Source: Podarcis muralis (taxonomy: Eukaryota). Taken from it: a stretch of 64,000 bases of DNA. Of the stretch, positions 60,401 through 64,000 are shown one piece after another; position 1 is the stretch's first letter; every line of letters starts with the position of its first letter. The stretch is from assembly GCF_964188315.1 (NCBI RefSeq), contig NC_135668.1:5766001-5830000 (forward strand). Reading direction: 5' to 3'. Made by a program: the position numbers and the translations under genes. Below the pieces are notes generated by a model, which saw only the letters and a list, made by a program, of their open reading frames with translations, searched no databases and was not told the origin of the DNA.

Positions 60401-62358
60401 CACTCTTAGCCACTGCCACTGCATAGCCTATCATTTAATCTCTTTAGATTAAGAGAGGCTTGCTTTATTTATTTTTACCATTGAAGGAGAACATTAAGAC
60501 AACAGAGGTGGGGGAGCAGGAGGTGTTTAAAAGGAAGCTTATAGGGAATTTCTTAAACTGGAGGTGCAGAAAGTGAGAAAGGAAAAAGATTGAAAGCTGG
60601 CATGGGAGAGGAGTGGAGAGTGTTGGACTTAGGACTCATCCTTACTGTCATTCAGTGTGGATAGTAAGCTTCCTGTACTTCCATTAATTCAATGTTGTTC
60701 ATATGACATTCCCCTCCAATAACTGCCTTCCCACACATTCTCCTCTCTCAATCTGGATTTTCTCTTACCCTCTCCTTTTTTGAGTGATATGGAGGAGAGC
60801 GTCCTATGGACAGGGGAGACTTATCCAGTGCTTCGCTCCCTTTCATGTCACAGCTCCTATGGGTCCTGACAGGTTTTGCAAGCGGGAGCAATGAGAAGCC
60901 TAGATGCTTACACTCTGATCTAGCTTCCAGGGTTTTCCTGGAAAAGCTGTCGCTCAGCAGTAGAGCATCTGCTTTGGATGCAGAAGGCCCCAGGTTCAGT
61001 CCCATGCATCTCCAGGTAGGGCTGGGTGAAACCTCTTTCTGAAATCCTGTTGAACTGCTGTTAGTCAATGTAGAGTGTAGACCAGTGGTTCCCAATTGGT
61101 GGTCCACGGACCACTGGGCAGTCCGCGTATCTGACCCAGGGGGTCCGTGGCACCATTCACGTAACACAAACTACCATAGTCAAAAACATGGAGTCCATGG
61201 ATCGGCTTTTGAAAAACAGGAGTCCACAATACTTAACCAATTGGGAATCATTGCTGTAGTAGACAATACTGAGCCAGATGGTGGAATGGTTTGACTCTGC
61301 AAATGGCAGCTTCCTGTGTTTTCCCCTCCCAAATCTAACCACAAATGTGAAAAGACGTTTCTATTAATTTTCACAGGCTTCTCTTTACATGTTACTGCTC
61401 ATCTGTGCAAAATATATATATTTTTTTAATTTGTTGAGTGCCTGAAAAATAGGTGTTTCACAGAACATGTAGGAAGATAGGTGCTGCCTAAGTAGACTTG
61501 CTATCTAATACAAACCACAAAACCAACCTACAAGTTAATCCAAAAGTAGAAGGCAGCACACACCATAATTAAAATCTAACAAAATTAGTTGTGATATAAT
61601 GTCTAGGAATATTTTAGCTAGACATTGGAAAAATATTTCAGAGTAAACTTAGATCATTCGTACAAAAGTGTATGGGACATTGGCCTAATGGAAAAACTAA
61701 CTAATAAATTATGGTTGTTGAAGGAGCAGAAACAAAAGGATAACTTCACAACAGTTTGGCTTAATTTATTATGTATACAAGTCTTTCAGACAATAATCAA
61801 TCCCCCTTATAACATATGGTTACAAGAGTGGCGTGCGGCAACATATTTTGTAGGAGAACAGTTAGGGCCAGAGGCGCCAGCTTGCGAGGGCGATGGGGCA
61901 ATGTCGTACACGTGAGCATCACACCTCCCTCCCTAAGCTGGGCAGAAACTTCCTGGGCTTTGGGAAGGAGGCACCAGGCTTTAATACTTTAATTTAATCA
62001 GAACATTTAGGGGACTAGTCTAGTCCCCTAACAGTCCATTGACTGCACACCACTGGGCTACAGTGATCCTATAAAAGGAAAAAGTATTGGATTTCCATTT
62101 CCTCTGCCCTTCCCCTCACATTCACACAAACACATCCTGGTCTGCATTACCTAATACAGGAAGCACTTAGTTCATTATCATCCCTGCTCCTGACTCAATC
62201 AAATCTCTAGACTGCCACTCAAATACAGCTGACGAGTGTACTCAATTAATAGTGTATTGTTTTCTGTTTATACATTTTCTATGGTTCCCCCCTCTTTTTT
62301 CTTCTTGTTGACACTTGATTCTTACTAGTTATAATATTATGCTGCCTCAATCAGAAAT

Positions 62359-62397
<39 letters not shown>

Positions 62398-62739
62398 TTA
62401 TTATTTATACCCCGCCCATCTGGCTGGGCGTCCCCAGCCACTCTGGGCGGCTTCCATAGAAACCAAAAATACACTAAAATATCACACGTTAAAAACTTCC
62501 CTGAACAGGGCTGCCTTAAGATGTCTTCTGAATGTCAGGTAGTTGTTTATCGCTTTGACATCTCGTGGGAGGGCATTTTTACACTGGGAAAGATAATTGG
62601 CTAAGTATCAGTTAAAAACAATAACTTTCAGTAATTAGCCAAATATAATCCTTACCTCTCCTTCAAGGAATGATATTTTTTCTAAAAGTTGTAATATAAA
62701 CAGTTCCTTTTGCTTCATCTTTCGCTTTTGCAGCTCAAT
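57290..62739 (-). CDS. MYZAP: MYZAP (myocardial zonula adherens protein), 3' part: last three coding exons; upstream exons lie beyond the window
   Basis: Spliced translation IELQKRKMKQKELFILQLLEKISFLEGE|NKELQDRLDYLMESQSRTDVETRDVGVGCDLPLS|TENSGTSSETSKPARTYTPFKRVLEY... matches the MYZAP C-terminus as I recall it (LQLLEKISFLEGEN, ETREIGVGCDL, RNYTPYTRVLE). Synteny with POLR2M agrees. Confidence 0.93.
60018..60118 (-). CDS. MYZAP: MYZAP penultimate coding exon (101 nt, phase 0-2)
   Basis: Acceptor TTTGTCTGTTTCAG|AAT, donor AG|GTATCT. Encodes NKELQDRLDYLMESQSRTDVETRDVGVGCDLPL + AG. Confidence 0.93.
60946..61320 (+). mobile_element. tRNA-derived SINE interrupted by a hAT MITE (61083-61253)
   Basis: SINE gctcagcagtagagcatctgctttggatgcagaaggccccaggttc…gtagac|aatactgagccagatgg…ggcagcttcctgtgtt. 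MITE TIR CAGTGGTTCCCAATTGG / CCAATTGGGAATCATTG. Confidence 0.75.
61600..61780 (+). mobile_element. Degenerate L1 ORF2 C-terminal fragment
   Basis: The frameshifted motif ILARHWK…VWDIGLMEKLTNKLW resembles the L1 3' motif at 8648-8983. Confidence 0.5.
62355..62574 (-). mobile_element. L2 3' end (same family as 28033-28950)
   Basis: Reverse complement of …gatgtcaaagcgataaacaactacctgacattcagaagacatct…gaagccgcccagagtggctgggg…, with an (ACA)n/(TTG)n tail. Confidence 0.9.
62656..62739 (-). CDS. MYZAP: MYZAP antepenultimate coding exon (84 nt, phase 0-0)
   Basis: Acceptor TTTTCTTCATAG|ATT, donor GAG|GTAAG. Encodes IELQKRKMKQKELFILQLLEKISFLEGE. Confidence 0.93.
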
Positions 62740-64000
62740 CTATGAAGAAAAGAAAGAAACAATGTAAATGTAGATAGGAGGGAGAAGCTCTGTCACTAAG
62801 TAAGTTCCCTACCGGAAATTAGATTGCACATATCCATAGGAATGATTTCCAGAGGGATAGCTGTGTATCAGTCTGTTGTGCGGCAGCAAAAACAAGACCC
62901 ATGAAATACTCCATTCATTGGAACATGAAGTTACTCATTTCAAACTTTATAGCTTAGCCTGAATGTTTTTACAGAATGCAAACAGGTCAAATTGTGATTG
63001 CCGAACACATAAAAATGTAACAAATGGCAACGGTGAATAAGTTTCAGGGTTCAGAGCACTAATGTTGCTTTTTATTTTATTTATTTAAAATATTTTTATT
63101 CCACCCTTCCGTCATTACAGTATTCAGTGATGTATAAAAATCAAAACTATCATGAGATAAATCCTAATAATAAAACTGAACTCTCTCACACCTACAGAGT
63201 TGTTGTATAGATGTGTGGTAGCCGCATATATGCTGTCTTGATCTCCTTGTGGTAAGGGGGCAAATACAAATATGTTTATATCTCATGCACAAGCACATCC
63301 CCTCTCACCCCAAGAAATCAATTTGTTATATCCATGTTGTGCTGATGACAGATTATACCCAATGTCTGCACAAACTAACCATGTGCTCATGGGCATAGCC
63401 AAGGGGGGCAGGGGGGACAGCTGCCCCCCCAATCAATAGGAATCAATACAAATGATTCTATGAAATCTGAGGTTTTGCCCCCTAACAAAAGCCTGCCCCC
63501 CCCAAAAAACCCATGCATGTGTTGCTACTGCACAATGTGAGACTACTCCATGGCTCCTAAGTCTCCCCTTTCATTTGTGCTGCTCTGCCACTGCAGATGT
63601 TTTCTTTCACTTCTCTGGCAGGCAAAAAGTCGTTGGATACGGAGAAGGGGAGACCTAGCAGCAGAGAGGGAACTAAAGGCTACTAAGATGATGCAGAGGC
63701 AACGGGCAGAGGGGAGGGGTCATGATGGTGGGCAACAGGGACACCCCAAGTTATTTTAGTGCCTGCATCAGCAGAGAAACCAAATGGCACCCTCACGACT
63801 CACTAACAATGATTACACCGTGAATTTTTAAGGGAAGTCAGGGCATAATTGAATAAAAAACCCACACAACCAGTGAAATGAGCAGGAGTTGCACAACGGC
63901 ACTGCTCTGCGCCCGTGCATTTCAACTGAGCTCACGTCTTGGTGGTTTCCACCTCAAGGCTCTGTCTGGCACTCCCTACTAACGTATGTGAGAAATCGCT

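Noticed and set aside
61625-61915. 96-aa ORF as a possible novel gene inside a MYZAP intron
   Set aside because: Its motifs match a frameshifted L1 ORF2 remnant, and no splice or promoter support was seen.

Overview
This is vertebrate genomic DNA from a squamate reptile, most likely a lacertid lizard. The assignment rests on Sauria SINEs, Bov-B, L2, CR1, L1 and Penelope fragments, and many hAT and Tc1/mariner MITEs. Two protein-coding genes lie on the minus strand in the right third. POLR2M (GRINL1A/Gdown1) is complete: four coding exons (48036-47951, 46167-45496, 44814-44592, 42710-42570), all introns GT-AG, 373 aa, with a CpG-island promoter. The last three coding exons of MYZAP lie upstream on the same strand (62739-62656, 60118-60018, 57461-57290). 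This is the tandem MYZAP-POLR2M arrangement of the mammalian GCOM1 read-through locus, and the splice phases here would give in-frame chimeras. The left ~42 kb has no recognisable protein-coding gene; it is TE-rich intergenic DNA with several TE-free, homeodomain-motif-rich segments that may be enhancers. There is one assembly gap (5593-5731). I found no convincing wholly new biological system. The best leads are GCOM1-type read-through potential in a reptile, overlapping uORFs on POLR2M, a pre-miRNA-sized MITE hairpin in POLR2M intron 1, a MYZAP C-terminal extension, a perfect 70-bp Penelope hairpin and a solo LTR with a CCAAT array.
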